Translations under genes and position numbers: made by a program
Part shown: one piece after another, positions 1 to 9,518 of the stretch
Layout of the letters: every line of letters starts with the position of its first letter
Numbering within the stretch: the first letter of the stretch is position 1
Assembly: GCA_963718525.1 (NCBI GenBank)
Contig: OY970355.1
Coordinates: 352,001 to 416,000, forward strand
DNA: 64,000 bases
Origin: Candidatus Dormiibacterota bacterium
Lineage (GTDB): Bacteria > Chloroflexota > Dormibacteria > Aeolococcales > Aeolococcaceae
Direction of reading: 5' to 3'
The notes under the pieces: generated by a model
The model's database searches: none
What the model was told of the DNA's origin: nothing
The model's input: the letters and a program-made list of their open reading frames with translations, nothing else

Positions 1-1399
1 GATCGCCAGCCGACACAGAGCCATGCGGCTGGTCGCGAGTGGAGGCACCGATCAACTTGGCATGACCCGCCGCAAACGCGTTGAAGGCCTGCTGCGAAAA
101 CACATCTTCGGATCCAGCGACCGCAGTCTTCCCATCGGATCCGAGAGCCGCAGCCACGTTCGGGGGACCACCGGTTGCGACGAGGTCGGCGCCACCACTC
201 AGCGACCCAAATCGTCCCGCGGCAAGTGCGCCCGGACTCGAGGCGGATGGGGTGAGGCCTTGGGACGCGAGTCCGAGCCGTTTCATGAAGTTCACAGCGG
301 AGTTTCCACCGTCGCGATTCGCGCCAAGTGCTTCGGCCATGAAGCCTGCGGACGACAAGCGGTGCACTGGCGCAACCATCGTGGCGGCCCCTGCCGCGAA
401 ACCGGCTAGCGCACTGCCATGACTGAAGCCACGCCACGTGAGTTGATGCACCATTTTCCCTGCGAACCAGAGGCCACCGCACAAAATCACGACGGCAAGC
501 AGTGGGCCGACAGCGAAAGCGGCGACGACGTGGGATGCGAGCGTAAAACTCAATGCAATCGCCATGCCGAGCACCAGCGGCGTGAGTAAGACACTGCCAA
601 ACAGATCCAGCCACCAGTGAAAGAATCGATTGTTGGTGTCGAACACTGCGGTGGCGAGACAGAGGGGCGCCGCGACCACCACGAAGCCGAGCATCACTGT
701 CCGCACGATCATCAAGAAGCCCGCGTAGAGCAACAGAATGAGAAGCGGAATCCCGCCGACGGCTACCACAACCATCTCGTTGCTCGAGGCGGTGAGTATG
801 CCGTAGAGATGCGTAAACCAGCCCTGACCGGGTTGGAATCCATTCAGAAGCGACGCATGGAGAATGAGCCCGACAACCGCCCCCGAGACCGCCATCGATG
901 CGTCGATGCACCAGACGATTGCGGTGTAGCCGAGGCTGACGGGAGTGCCCGGCACCCCGATGACGGCGACCGCAAGCAGAAACCGCGGAAGGACCGAGAG
1001 AATCGTCTCCATTGAGCCCGTGCGGTGGTCCACAAGTGCCCGGATGATGCGACTGGCAGCTCCAACACCGGCGATCATGAGGGCGGGCGCCATCATGCCT
1101 TGATAGAGGGACTCATAGATCTGAGCCGAATTCCACTGCTGCCCGGGAGCGCCGATCGTGCCAAGGAACCACGTTTGCAGTTCCGGCGGGAACAGCGCGC
1201 TCGTCAGCCAATTCACCGCATCGGCAATGAAGTGTCCCGTGTCGAAAAAGAAGCGAAAGAACTGCGTCAGAATCGTGAGGGCGCTCCCCAGAACGTTGAG
1301 GACTGCGCCTCCGGCATCGTAAGCACCGTGAAAGAACCCGGCGACATTCTGCAGCCACGTGACGGGATTCCACCAGCTGGCGGCGCTGACCAACTCCAT
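1..1399 (-). CDS. Multi-pass membrane protein, VirB6/TrbL-like conjugal transfer protein (3'-partial, runs off the window)
   Basis: Not in the ORF track because it has no stop inside the window. Manual translation gives ATG at 1399 after a GGGGAGA RBS: MELVSAASWWNPVTWLQ...IPLLILLLYAGFLMIVRTVMLGFVVVAAPLCLATAVFDTNNRFFHWWLDLFGSVLL... The R-x-x-x-L...aPL..a..f......W pattern followed by a Gly/Ala-rich tail is typical of VirB6/TrbL-like proteins. Confidence 0.6.
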   Translation of the reverse strand, partial: MELVSAASWWNPVTWLQNVAGFFHGAYDAGGAVLNVLGSALTILTQFFRFFFDTGHFIADAVNWLTSALFPPELQTWFLGTIGAPGQQWNSAQIYESLYQGMMAPALMIAGVGAASRIIRALVDHRTGSMETILSVLPRFLLAVAVIGVPGTPVSLGYTAIVWCIDASMAVSGAVVGLILHASLLNGFQPGQGWFTHLYGILTASSNEMVVVAVGGIPLLILLLYAGFLMIVRTVMLGFVVVAAPLCLATAVFDTNNRFFHWWLDLFGSVLLTPLVLGMAIALSFTLASHVVAAFAVGPLLAVVILCGGLWFAGKMVHQLTWRGFSHGSALAGFAAGAATMVAPVHRLSSAGFMAEALGANRDGGNSAVNFMKRLGLASQGLTPSASSPGALAAGRFGSLSGGADLVATGGPPNVAAALGSDGKTAVAGSEDVFSQQAFNAFAAGHAKLIGASTRDQPHGSVSAGD

Positions 1400-1414
1400 T
1401 CTCCCCGACGACTA

Positions 1415-1609
1415 TCAGGTGGGGTCGATGCGCTGCAGCGGCAGGGAACTCGGCGAGAGCTCCTGATGATTCCCGATGACGCCAGAGACTCGTTGCGTTG
1501 GAACTCGCAGGTCAGGGGACGAGCCGAACACATCGCCGTGACGAGGTCGCGGTACGATACTTCGAGACCGCGATAGAGGCAGCGACAGCAGGTACACCTC
1601 GATGGTCAT
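1415..1609 (-). CDS. Small hypothetical protein (64 aa), possibly translationally coupled to the pilin-like gene
   Basis: Its ATG overlaps the TGA of the upstream 92-aa ORF (TGATG), and it fills the gap before the VirB6-like gene. No recognisable motif. Confidence 0.35.
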   Translation of the reverse strand: MTIEVYLLSLPLSRSRSIVPRPRHGDVFGSSPDLRVPTQRVSGVIGNHQELSPSSLPLQRIDPT

Positions 1610-1887
1610 CAGCCGACCCCCGAAATCGATTTCACGAGCTGCAGCACCAGGATGGCACCGCCTCCCTTCGTGACCATATCGACCATAAAAGATCCGCCGC
1701 TCTCGCGGTGCTCCATCATCTTGTGAATCCCAGAGATCGCCACGGCCGCAGGGATGAGGAATTGGGCGGAGGTCAGGAGCGGGTTGGCCACTCGCGCGAG
1801 GACTTGCTGCGAGAGAGGATCGTTCGGTGAAACTTGACTCAGTACGGTGAGCCAGCGGATCGTTGCGTTGACGGCGAGTACCAGCAT
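1609..1887 (-). CDS. Small hydrophobic protein, VirB2/TrbC pilin-like
   Basis: 92 aa with an AGGAG RBS and two hydrophobic helices (LLTSAQFLIPAAVAISGI; GGGAILVLQLV). First gene of the operon containing the VirB6-like gene. Confidence 0.45.
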   Translation of the reverse strand: MLVLAVNATIRWLTVLSQVSPNDPLSQQVLARVANPLLTSAQFLIPAAVAISGIHKMMEHRESGGSFMVDMVTKGGGAILVLQLVKSISGVG

Positions 1888-2122
1888 GGCGGATGCTCCT
1901 GAACCCTCGATCTCGACTGGCCCGGTCTGGGCGGAAGCTGAACTCTATGGGTCCAGCGCGGACGACCTCGGGACAGTCCGCTCTCGATGGAGCACGCTCG
2001 GCACGGGCGCGCGACGGGTCGTCTGCACCACGCACGGCTCTACCACTGTTGGCTTCAGCGGCTAATGGCGCAGAATCGAAGGGACTGCGCGCACAGGCGC
2101 AGCGTTCACGGAGACTTGGTTG

Positions 2123-2587
2123 ATGTTCACGAGCATTCTCGTCGGGGTCGATCGTTCGCAGCATGCGCGCGTCGCGCTCGGGCAGGCGGTTGATATCGCG
2201 CGAACCCAGAAGGCGTCGCTCACGGTCGTAGTCGCCTACACGACCACGATGCCCTGGGTCTCTGTGGCGCCACTCTCCCAGAGCGCCGTCGACGAGTACG
2301 TCGCCGCCGTCCGCAGCGAGGCAGATGCGATCGCCGACGAGGCGAGAAGCGCGATACCAGCGGAGCTGAGCGCCGATGTGGTCGTCGTGGATGAGATGCC
2401 AGCGCAGGCCCTCCTCGATCGAGCAGCCGCGGGCAATCACGACCTGATTGTCGTGGGCTCTCGCGGGCGTGGCGATGCCGGCTCGTTCCTTCTCGGCAGC
2501 GTGAGTCATGCAGTGCTGCACGGCAGTCGCGTGCCGGTGCTGATCGTGCATGTGCCGTCTGCGGAGGCTGCTCAGAGCCACCCATAG
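2123..2587 (+). CDS. Universal stress protein (UspA family)
   Basis: ILVGVDRS N-terminus and DLIVVGSRGRG...LLGSVSHAVLHGSRVPVLIV C-terminal USP signature; GGAGA RBS. Confidence 0.95.
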   Translation: MFTSILVGVDRSQHARVALGQAVDIARTQKASLTVVVAYTTTMPWVSVAPLSQSAVDEYVAAVRSEADAIADEARSAIPAELSADVVVVDEMPAQALLDRAAAGNHDLIVVGSRGRGDAGSFLLGSVSHAVLHGSRVPVLIVHVPSAEAAQSHP

Positions 2588-2702
2588 CGCGGGGCACCTC
2601 TGGAAACGACGGTCGAAACGCCACCGAAATGTTCCTGCTCAACCCTGGTGGCCGTGTCAACAGACGGCTCGCCGCGAGCCAAGCACCAGGAGGCGCGGAT
2701 CC

Positions 2703-3848
2703 ATGGCAGATCTATCCATCAGAAAGCTGGGCGTCGGGCTGACAAGCTCGGTTCTGGCCGGAGCCCTCTCAATAGCTGCTGCGACGGGCGTGGGCGCAAG
2801 CGCAAGCAGACCAAGCTCGACGGACGGTCTGTACATCTATACGGAGAGCAATCAGACCTCGTCTGGTGGTGGCAACGCTGTGCTGGCGTTCCGGGTTGGC
2901 GGCGGCGGCACCCTCACGTCCATCGGTAGCTTCGGAACCGGCGGCGACGGCACCGGCGCCGGACTGGGATCACAGGGGGCGATAGCGCTCGCCGACGATG
3001 GTCACGCGCTCCTCGCCGTCAATGCAGGCTCGAATACAGTCTCGTACTTCAGGATCCTCTCCAACGGGGACCTCAGGCTCATCGATGCGGCACCGTCGGG
3101 TGGAACGGGTCCCGTGAGCGTCACTGCACACGGCCGCTGGGTCGACGTCCTCAACCAGGGCAACAATACTGTTGCGGGTCTGGTGCTGACCGGCCACGCC
3201 CTGGTCCCGTCGCCCAATCCGGCAGTCTCCCTCTCGACAGGAGCGGCGACGCCGGAGCAGGTTGGGTTCACTCCCTCTGGAACCCACGTCATCGTTACCG
3301 AGAAGGTCAGCAGCAGCATCGACACGTTCAACGTGAGCCCGGACGGACGGCTGACCGGCCTGCACCACACCGTGTCGACTGGGACCGCGCCATACGGCTT
3401 CGGATTTGGTAGCGGCGGTCAGGCGATCGTCTCCGACGCCGGTGGTGGCGCCGGCGGAATCAGTGCCGCGACGTCGTACCGGGTCGGAACCTCGGGGGCG
3501 CTGCATCCGATCAGCGAAATTGGTGAATCGCAGGCAGCCGCGTGCTGGCTTGTCGTCAACGGTGCGGGGAACCGCGCCTACCTCGCCAATGCCGGGTCAG
3601 GAACCGTTTCCTCGTACAACATCGGTCCCGGCGGAAGGCTCACCCTGCGATCGGACATCGCTGCCACGGTCGGTACCCATCCGATCGACGAGGTTACCGG
3701 CGGTGGCTGGTTCTTCGTACTGACGACGACCGATATTGCGTCGGCACCAGTGTCAGCCTCGGGAGATCTCGGTGCTGTCAACGAGCTGGCGGCGAGCGGT
3801 CTTCCCGCTGCGGCCTCCGGTCTCGCCCTGGTGACCGTGTCGGCTTAG
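2703..3848 (+). CDS. Secreted lactonase-family beta-propeller (6-phosphogluconolactonase-like)
   Basis: AGGAGG RBS before MADLSIRK; signal peptide; repeats such as LLAVNAGSNTVSYF, SGGTGPVSV, AACWLVV and YLANAGSGTVSSY. Confidence 0.8.
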   Translation: MADLSIRKLGVGLTSSVLAGALSIAAATGVGASASRPSSTDGLYIYTESNQTSSGGGNAVLAFRVGGGGTLTSIGSFGTGGDGTGAGLGSQGAIALADDGHALLAVNAGSNTVSYFRILSNGDLRLIDAAPSGGTGPVSVTAHGRWVDVLNQGNNTVAGLVLTGHALVPSPNPAVSLSTGAATPEQVGFTPSGTHVIVTEKVSSSIDTFNVSPDGRLTGLHHTVSTGTAPYGFGFGSGGQAIVSDAGGGAGGISAATSYRVGTSGALHPISEIGESQAAACWLVVNGAGNRAYLANAGSGTVSSYNIGPGGRLTLRSDIAATVGTHPIDEVTGGGWFFVLTTTDIASAPVSASGDLGAVNELAASGLPAAASGLALVTVSA

Positions 3849-3940
3849 GTCCGCGTTTCGACCGTCAATCGTGGTCGTCGACGAGGCCGGGTGGCGATCT
3901 GCCACCCGGCTTCTCGGCGACTTTCGCAGAATGGTGAGCA

Positions 3941-4711
3941 GTGACCGTCAAACTCCCGACCTTCAGCCGCAACTCGGCGCGCCCTGACAAAGCCATGCCC
4001 AAGCCTGGACCGCTCTCGATCGGAGCTCCAATCCTCGTCGTGGAAGATGACCAGACCACGTGCGACGTCATCCGGGCCTATCTCGAAAGCGCCGGGCATC
4101 GGGTCGTCATTTGCCGCTCGGGCAGCGAAGCGCTCGGCTTCGTGCGCCAGACCGAGCCGCGCTGCCTGATCCTGGACGTGATGCTGCCGGGAAAGGATGG
4201 CTTCGAGATTTGCGCTGAGATCCGGCGCGGCGGGTCGATCATTCCCATCCTCTTTCTCAGTGCGCGCGCCGACGAGCCCGACCGAGTGGACGGCCTGCGC
4301 GCGGGTGCTGACGACTACCTCGTCAAGCCGTTCAGCCCTCGAGAGCTGCTAGCCCGCGTCGACGCCCTGCTTCGCCGTTCCGAGATCCGACCGCAGCCAC
4401 CAAGCGTGATTCACTTGGGTAACGTCGAACTCTCACCGGCACGACATGATGTCGCCGTCGGTGGACAGCTGGTGGCATTGACCTATGTGGAGTTCGGGCT
4501 GCTTGCCGCCATGCTGGAGCGTCCCGGGTGGGTGATGACTCGTGGTCAGCTGATCGACCGGCTGTACACGGACGACCGCCTGCCGGCATTGGAACGAACG
4601 GTCGACGTCCACATCTTCCGCCTGCGCGAAAAGCTGCAGGCTGCAGGTGCGGACGTCGCGATCGTGACAATTCGCGGCGTCGGCTACAAGATCACCGCTG
4701 AAGTCGCCTGA
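3941..4711 (+). CDS. OmpR-family DNA-binding response regulator
   Basis: ILVVEDD, LILDVMLPGKDG, GADDYLVKPFSPRELLARV and a winged-helix RTVDVHIFRLREKL/TIRGVGY. The start may be the ATG at 3995. Confidence 0.95.
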   Translation: MTVKLPTFSRNSARPDKAMPKPGPLSIGAPILVVEDDQTTCDVIRAYLESAGHRVVICRSGSEALGFVRQTEPRCLILDVMLPGKDGFEICAEIRRGGSIIPILFLSARADEPDRVDGLRAGADDYLVKPFSPRELLARVDALLRRSEIRPQPPSVIHLGNVELSPARHDVAVGGQLVALTYVEFGLLAAMLERPGWVMTRGQLIDRLYTDDRLPALERTVDVHIFRLREKLQAAGADVAIVTIRGVGYKITAEVA

Positions 4712-4716
4712 GCATC

Positions 4717-5913
4717 GTGCTGACGTTGCCGCGTCGCGCAGGGGTCGTGCTGCTACGACGATGGAGGCGGCTGGGCCTTCGCTGGCAACTCGTTGTCCTC
4801 AACATCATCGTCGTGGCGGTGACTGGGTTGCTGATCATTGTGTTGATGCACAACATCGCGCAGCAAGAGTTCATGGTCATCATGCACGCCGCCGGTCAGC
4901 CGGTTGATCCCGCCGCAGGGCAGCGCGCCTACGATGCCGCTGTCGAGGCTCAGATCTATCCGACCATCGCCGTCGCCGCCCTCGTCGCGGTCGGACTCAG
5001 TTTCGGCGCCGTAACGCTCGCGCTCAGACCGCTGAGCGCCGTCCGAGTGGCCACGCAGCGGATGGCGCGCGGAGACGCGCCGGCGCTGGTCGAAACCAAC
5101 CGCCGCGATGAGATCGGCGGCGTTGCTGAATCCGTCAATGAGCTCGCCCAGTCATTGCAGCGCCTCGAGGAGCTGCGCCGTCAGGTGACCAACGACGCCG
5201 CACATGAATTGCGAACACCGCTGCACAACCTCCTCGGGTTGATCGAAGGTATGCGCGACGGGGTCATTCCAGCCTCACCCGCGCGGCTGCAACAGGCGCA
5301 CGCCGAACTCGGCCGGCTCATCGCACTGGTCGAGGATTTGCGGGGGTTGGCGGACGCCCAACTGGCGCGCGACCGAATGCGTCGCGATCCGCTTCAGCTG
5401 GTGACCCTGATACGCGAGGTCGTGCTGGGGTTCGAAGTCCGTATGCGACATCGCAGCCTGACGTGCCAGATCGAGGCGCCGGAGAGCGGCCTGCTTGTCG
5501 ACGGCGACGCTGGGAGGATCGGTCAGGTGGTCGGCAATATCGTTGATAACGCCCTGCGTTATGCGCGGGATGGGACGGTCATCACCGTGAGCGTCCACCA
5601 ACGAGGGACCTCGGCACGCGTCGCCGTCCACGATATCGGTGAGCGCATCGATGAGCATTCACTGCCGCATATCTTCGAACGATTCTTCCGTGCTGATCCA
5701 AGCCGCGCGCGTGGGAGTGGGGGGGGCGGCATAGGTCTCGCCATCGTGAAGGAGTTGGTCGGGGCCCACGGCGGCGACGTGGGCGCTGAGAGCAACCAAG
5801 ATGGCGTCACCGTCTGGTTCGAACTGCCGCTCCGATCTCCAGATCCGGATCCCGCCATGCAGCCAGGCTCCACCCGGTCGATTGGGTCGTTCGATACCGC
5901 CAGTCAGGGTTAG
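4717..5913 (+). CDS. Membrane sensor histidine kinase (HAMP, BaeS-like)
   Basis: Two TM segments, HAMP (RRDEIG), H-box AHELRTPL, N-box NIVDNALRY, F/G boxes IFERFFRAD..R...GGGIGLAIV. Confidence 0.95.
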   Translation: MLTLPRRAGVVLLRRWRRLGLRWQLVVLNIIVVAVTGLLIIVLMHNIAQQEFMVIMHAAGQPVDPAAGQRAYDAAVEAQIYPTIAVAALVAVGLSFGAVTLALRPLSAVRVATQRMARGDAPALVETNRRDEIGGVAESVNELAQSLQRLEELRRQVTNDAAHELRTPLHNLLGLIEGMRDGVIPASPARLQQAHAELGRLIALVEDLRGLADAQLARDRMRRDPLQLVTLIREVVLGFEVRMRHRSLTCQIEAPESGLLVDGDAGRIGQVVGNIVDNALRYARDGTVITVSVHQRGTSARVAVHDIGERIDEHSLPHIFERFFRADPSRARGSGGGGIGLAIVKELVGAHGGDVGAESNQDGVTVWFELPLRSPDPDPAMQPGSTRSIGSFDTASQG

Positions 5914-5962
5914 ACCGCGCCGCGCGTCATGCACCAACACCCGCCGCCGAATCCGACCCCTG

Positions 5963-7732
5963 TTAGGTCTGGGCGACCGGCGGACTCAACGCCTCCGTGC
6001 GAGCCGTCACCCGAGCAGCCGCCGGCCGCGCAGGGCTGCCTCCACGCAACCACGATGCCGCAGCACCGACGAGCATCATCACCACCGAGAACGCAAACGT
6101 GATGTGCATCCCAACGATGAACGGGTTGCTGATCAGGTTCGGAAAGAACGTCTGGCCCGACAGGAACGCGGCCTGACTCGCGGGCAGCGCGTGCAGCGAT
6201 GGTCCGAGCAGTGTCGTCATCGGGTTGTATCCCAGGAACGCCGCGAACAGCGACCCCACCGGCGGGAGGGTCGCAACGTGATGCGCCACCGTGGCCGGAA
6301 CGCCGTGCGCGGTGAGTCCGGCAAACATCGTCGAGGGCAGCGTCGAGCTGAGCCCCGCGATCATGAGTGAGAAGAAGATGCCGATGGAGAGGGTCATGCC
6401 GCTGTTCTGGAACGTCGCGAGCATGCCCGACGCAACACCGCGGCGATCCGCAGGCACCGCGTTCATCACGCCGGCGGTGTTGGGCGCCACGAACATTCCC
6501 ATCGACAGCCCGACGAGGAACAGCAGCGCTGCAAACGGCAGGTAGGAAAAGTTGGCCGGCAGCAGCATGAGCAGCCCAAAGCCGATCGCCGAACAGATCA
6601 TCCCGGCGGTCGCAAAGCCACGCGACCCGAGCCGGTCGGAGAGAAAGCCCGAAGACGGGCCACCAATGAGGAAGCCCGCGGTCAACGGCAGCATGAAGAT
6701 CGCTGCCCAGAATGGCGTCGATTCATAGCTGTATCCATGCAGCGGCAGCCAGATGCCCTGGAGCCAGATGATCACCATGAACATCAGCCCGCCCCGGCCG
6801 ATCGAGCTCAGCAGCGCCGCGACAGTGCCGAACGTGAAGCCGCGGAGCCGGAAGAGGCTCACGCGGAACATCGGCTCCGCCACTCGGGTCTCCACGATCA
6901 CGAAGACCACCAGCAGCGCGACACCCCCGATGATCGCGGTGAGCACCGACGGATTGGTCCATCCCATCGAATGCGTGCCGTACGGCTGAATCCCGTACGT
7001 GATGCCCACGAGCACCGAGATCAGCCCGACGGCGAACAGGATATTCCCCCACCAGTCAACGCGCGAGCGCTTCACGATGCCCGTCTCGCGCAACTTGAGG
7101 TACGCCCAGGCGGTGCCGAACAAACCGACCGGCACCGAGACCAGAAACACGAGATGCCAGTCGGTCGTGCTCAGCAACCCACCGACGATCAGCCCGATGA
7201 ACGATCCCGACACCGCCGCCACCGCGTTGATCCCCAGCGCCATGCCTCGTTCGCGCTGCGGGAACGCGTCGGTGAGGATGGCCGTCGAACAGGCGAAGAT
7301 CATCGCCCCGCCGACGCCCTGGATCAGCCGGAAGAGGATCAGCTCGAGTGCCGCGCTCGGGCCGGTGGTAAACACCAGCGACAGGAGAATCGACCCGACG
7401 GTGAAGACGAGAAACCCCAGGTTGTACAACCGGACTCGCCCAAACATGTCGCCGATCCGCCCGAGGCTGACCACCAGCACGGCGGTCACGACCATGTATC
7501 CCATGATCATCCAGAGGAGATAGCTGACATTGCTCGGGACGAGCGGGTTCAGCTTGATCCCGCGGAAGATCGCCGGCAGCGAGATGAGCACGATCGATGA
7601 GTTGACGGTCGCCATGAGCATGCCGATCGTCGTGTTGGAGAGCGCGACCCATTTGTAGTGAGGACCGACCTCACCGTGCTTGCGAGACGTCTTCGGCGCA
7701 GGGGCGGGGGCGGTGACTCCCGTCGTGGTCAC
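5963..7732 (-). CDS. MFS efflux transporter (DHA2-like, 14 TM)
   Basis: [11 protein letters not shown] motif [10 protein letters not shown] and many TM helices. GTG start overlaps the upstream stop (GTGA). Confidence 0.9.
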   Translation of the reverse strand: MTTTGVTAPAPAPKTSRKHGEVGPHYKWVALSNTTIGMLMATVNSSIVLISLPAIFRGIKLNPLVPSNVSYLLWMIMGYMVVTAVLVVSLGRIGDMFGRVRLYNLGFLVFTVGSILLSLVFTTGPSAALELILFRLIQGVGGAMIFACSTAILTDAFPQRERGMALGINAVAAVSGSFIGLIVGGLLSTTDWHLVFLVSVPVGLFGTAWAYLKLRETGIVKRSRVDWWGNILFAVGLISVLVGITYGIQPYGTHSMGWTNPSVLTAIIGGVALLVVFVIVETRVAEPMFRVSLFRLRGFTFGTVAALLSSIGRGGLMFMVIIWLQGIWLPLHGYSYESTPFWAAIFMLPLTAGFLIGGPSSGFLSDRLGSRGFATAGMICSAIGFGLLMLLPANFSYLPFAALLFLVGLSMGMFVAPNTAGVMNAVPADRRGVASGMLATFQNSGMTLSIGIFFSLMIAGLSSTLPSTMFAGLTAHGVPATVAHHVATLPPVGSLFAAFLGYNPMTTLLGPSLHALPASQAAFLSGQTFFPNLISNPFIVGMHITFAFSVVMMLVGAAASWLRGGSPARPAAARVTARTEALSPPVAQT

Positions 7733-8400
7733 GCGGCTGACTGCGCCTGCTTTTCCTGGTCGCGCTGCTCGCGCTCGCGTCGCCACAGCCGAATGCTCTC
7801 GAGGTCGAGCGGCAAGCGGTCCCGCTTGATCTCCGCGACATTGGGGTTGCGCGACATCCACTCGAAGTGGCGCCACAGGTTGACGGCACCCTCATCGTCT
7901 GGGATGTCGCTGATGATCGGCCCGAACATATGCGGCCCAGCACCACCGTCGAAGACGATCGTCGGCACACCGAAGGCCTTGTGCACGGTGACCGCCTCGT
8001 CGTGTTCGCGCTGAACCGCTTCCCACGTCGACGGGTCGGCGAGCGCCTGATCGAGCAGTTCCGATTCCAGGCCCGCTTCGCGCAGCGACGCTTCGATCAC
8101 CTCGTGGTCGTCCAGCGCAAGGCCTCGCTGATGACGTGCATCGCTCAGCCCCTTGTAGAAAGCGCCCACGGCAGCGTTGCCGTGCGTGTTGCGGACCGCG
8201 ATGGCGGTTCGGAGCGACGGCGCAGACCCGGTGTCCGCAGCCGCACGCCCCTCGTCGCCACCGTTGACGATCGCGAGCGAGAACACGCGCCATTCCACAT
8301 CAACCACGCCGAGTTCACCGAGGCGGCGCGCCCAGCGCGACGTCTGATAGCACCATGGGCACAGTGGGTCGAAGTAGAAGCGAATGTTCTCAGCCATCAT
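7729..8400 (-). CDS. DsbA/thioredoxin-fold protein, Rv2466c-like reductase
   Basis: [22 protein letters not shown] cis-Pro loop, FGPII and EIKRDR C-terminus. Confidence 0.8.
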   Translation of the reverse strand: MMAENIRFYFDPLCPWCYQTSRWARRLGELGVVDVEWRVFSLAIVNGGDEGRAAADTGSAPSLRTAIAVRNTHGNAAVGAFYKGLSDARHQRGLALDDHEVIEASLREAGLESELLDQALADPSTWEAVQREHDEAVTVHKAFGVPTIVFDGGAGPHMFGPIISDIPDDEGAVNLWRHFEWMSRNPNVAEIKRDRLPLDLESIRLWRREREQRDQEKQAQSAA

Positions 8401-8421
8401 CAACAGACCTCTCGTTAAATC

Positions 8422-8994
8422 TTACGCAGTTGCGCTCGTCGCGGCCTCAGCCGCCGCAGATTCCTCTGCCGTCTTCTCCTGCGTGAGCTCACCGTCGATT
8501 TCGAGCTTGACTTTCTCGCCGACCAGGAAGCCCCCGCCACCGAGAGGAACGTTCCAGGTGAGGCCCCAGTCAGAGCGGTTGATGGTTCCGGTCAGCGTTC
8601 CGCCGACTTTAAGGTTGCCGAATGGATCCGTGACCGAGCCGCTGTGCTCGTAGTCGAGGCTGATCTCCTTGGTGATGTCTTTGATCGTCAAATCGCCGAC
8701 GACCTTGAACTGATCACCCTGACGAGTGATGGACTTCACCTTGAAGACGATATCCGGGTATTTCTCGACATCGAGAAAGTCGGCACTCTTGAGATGACCA
8801 TCGCGCTGCTCAGAGCCGGTGGTGATGCTGGCGGATTTGATGGTGATCGTGCCCCGGCCGGTGGTCGGATCGTTCGGATCGTCCAGTTCAAGATGGGCCT
8901 CGACCTGGCCGAAGCTGCCCCGGACGGTTGCGACCCCGAGATGCTTCGCGCTGAAGGCCACCGACGTGTGATGCGGGTCTAGACTCCACGGCAT
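8422..8994 (-). CDS. yceI: YceI-family polyisoprenoid-binding protein
   Basis: WSLDPHHTSVAFSAKHLG..TVRGSF, RDGHLKSADFLDVEKYP, GDLTIKDITK and INRSDWGLTWN motifs; GGAG RBS before MPWSLD. Confidence 0.92.
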   Translation of the reverse strand: MPWSLDPHHTSVAFSAKHLGVATVRGSFGQVEAHLELDDPNDPTTGRGTITIKSASITTGSEQRDGHLKSADFLDVEKYPDIVFKVKSITRQGDQFKVVGDLTIKDITKEISLDYEHSGSVTDPFGNLKVGGTLTGTINRSDWGLTWNVPLGGGGFLVGEKVKLEIDGELTQEKTAEESAAAEAATSATA

Positions 8995-9067
8995 AGCGTG
9001 TGCTCCATGAGTACCCGGCGTGCCCCGGGCGGCCTCGGATCTGAACCAATCCGATTGCAACATCATG

Positions 9068-9085
9068 AAGTATAGTGCTATACTT
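9068..9085. promoter_or_regulatory. Inverted repeat AAGTATAG-tg-CTATACTT, probable operator of the HxlR/DUF24 regulator
   Basis: Perfect 8-bp inverted repeat in the AT-rich divergent spacer between yceI and the regulator. Resembles GTATA-Nx-TATAC operators of QsrR-type regulators. Confidence 0.55.
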
Positions 9086-9158
9086 TGTCAAGTGAGATCC
9101 ACGACAAACTTCACTCGCCCTCAGGTTAAGATCTGGAGCGGGATGGAGGAACAACCAG

Positions 9159-9518
9159 ATGGATGCTGATCGCGCATATTGCCCAGTCCACGAAGCCATT
9201 CAGGTCCTGCAGGAGAAGTGGACGATGCACATCGTCAGAGCCCTGCTCGACGGGCCACTCGGCTTCAACGAGCTCGGCCGCGCTGTCGGCGGTTGCAACC
9301 CGGCAACGCTCAAGGTTCGCCTCGATCGTCTCGAGGAGCTCGGACTCCTCCGGCGCACCGTCCATTCACAGATGCCGCCCCGCACGTCGTACGAGCTGGC
9401 ACCGGCGGGCGTCGACCTGCAGCGCGTGATCGATGCCATTGATGCATGGGCCCGCGAACATCTCGACGTCGTCGCAGCGTCTGACCATGACGAGGAGCCG
9501 AAGCTCGCGGTCGGCTGA
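9159..9518 (+). CDS. HxlR/DUF24 winged-helix transcriptional regulator with an N-terminal Cys
   Basis: YCPVHEAIQVLQEKWTMHIV, GPLGFNEL, RLDRLEELG, PPRTSYEL; GGAGGA RBS. Confidence 0.9.
   Translation: MDADRAYCPVHEAIQVLQEKWTMHIVRALLDGPLGFNELGRAVGGCNPATLKVRLDRLEELGLLRRTVHSQMPPRTSYELAPAGVDLQRVIDAIDAWAREHLDVVAASDHDEEPKLAVG

Noticed and set aside
23-1576. Plus-strand ORFs 23..409, 617..1015 and 1025..1576
   Set aside because: They are antisense shadows in the codon register of the minus-strand VirB6-like gene. The same applies to most of the Arg/Pro-rich overlapping ORFs throughout this high-GC window.
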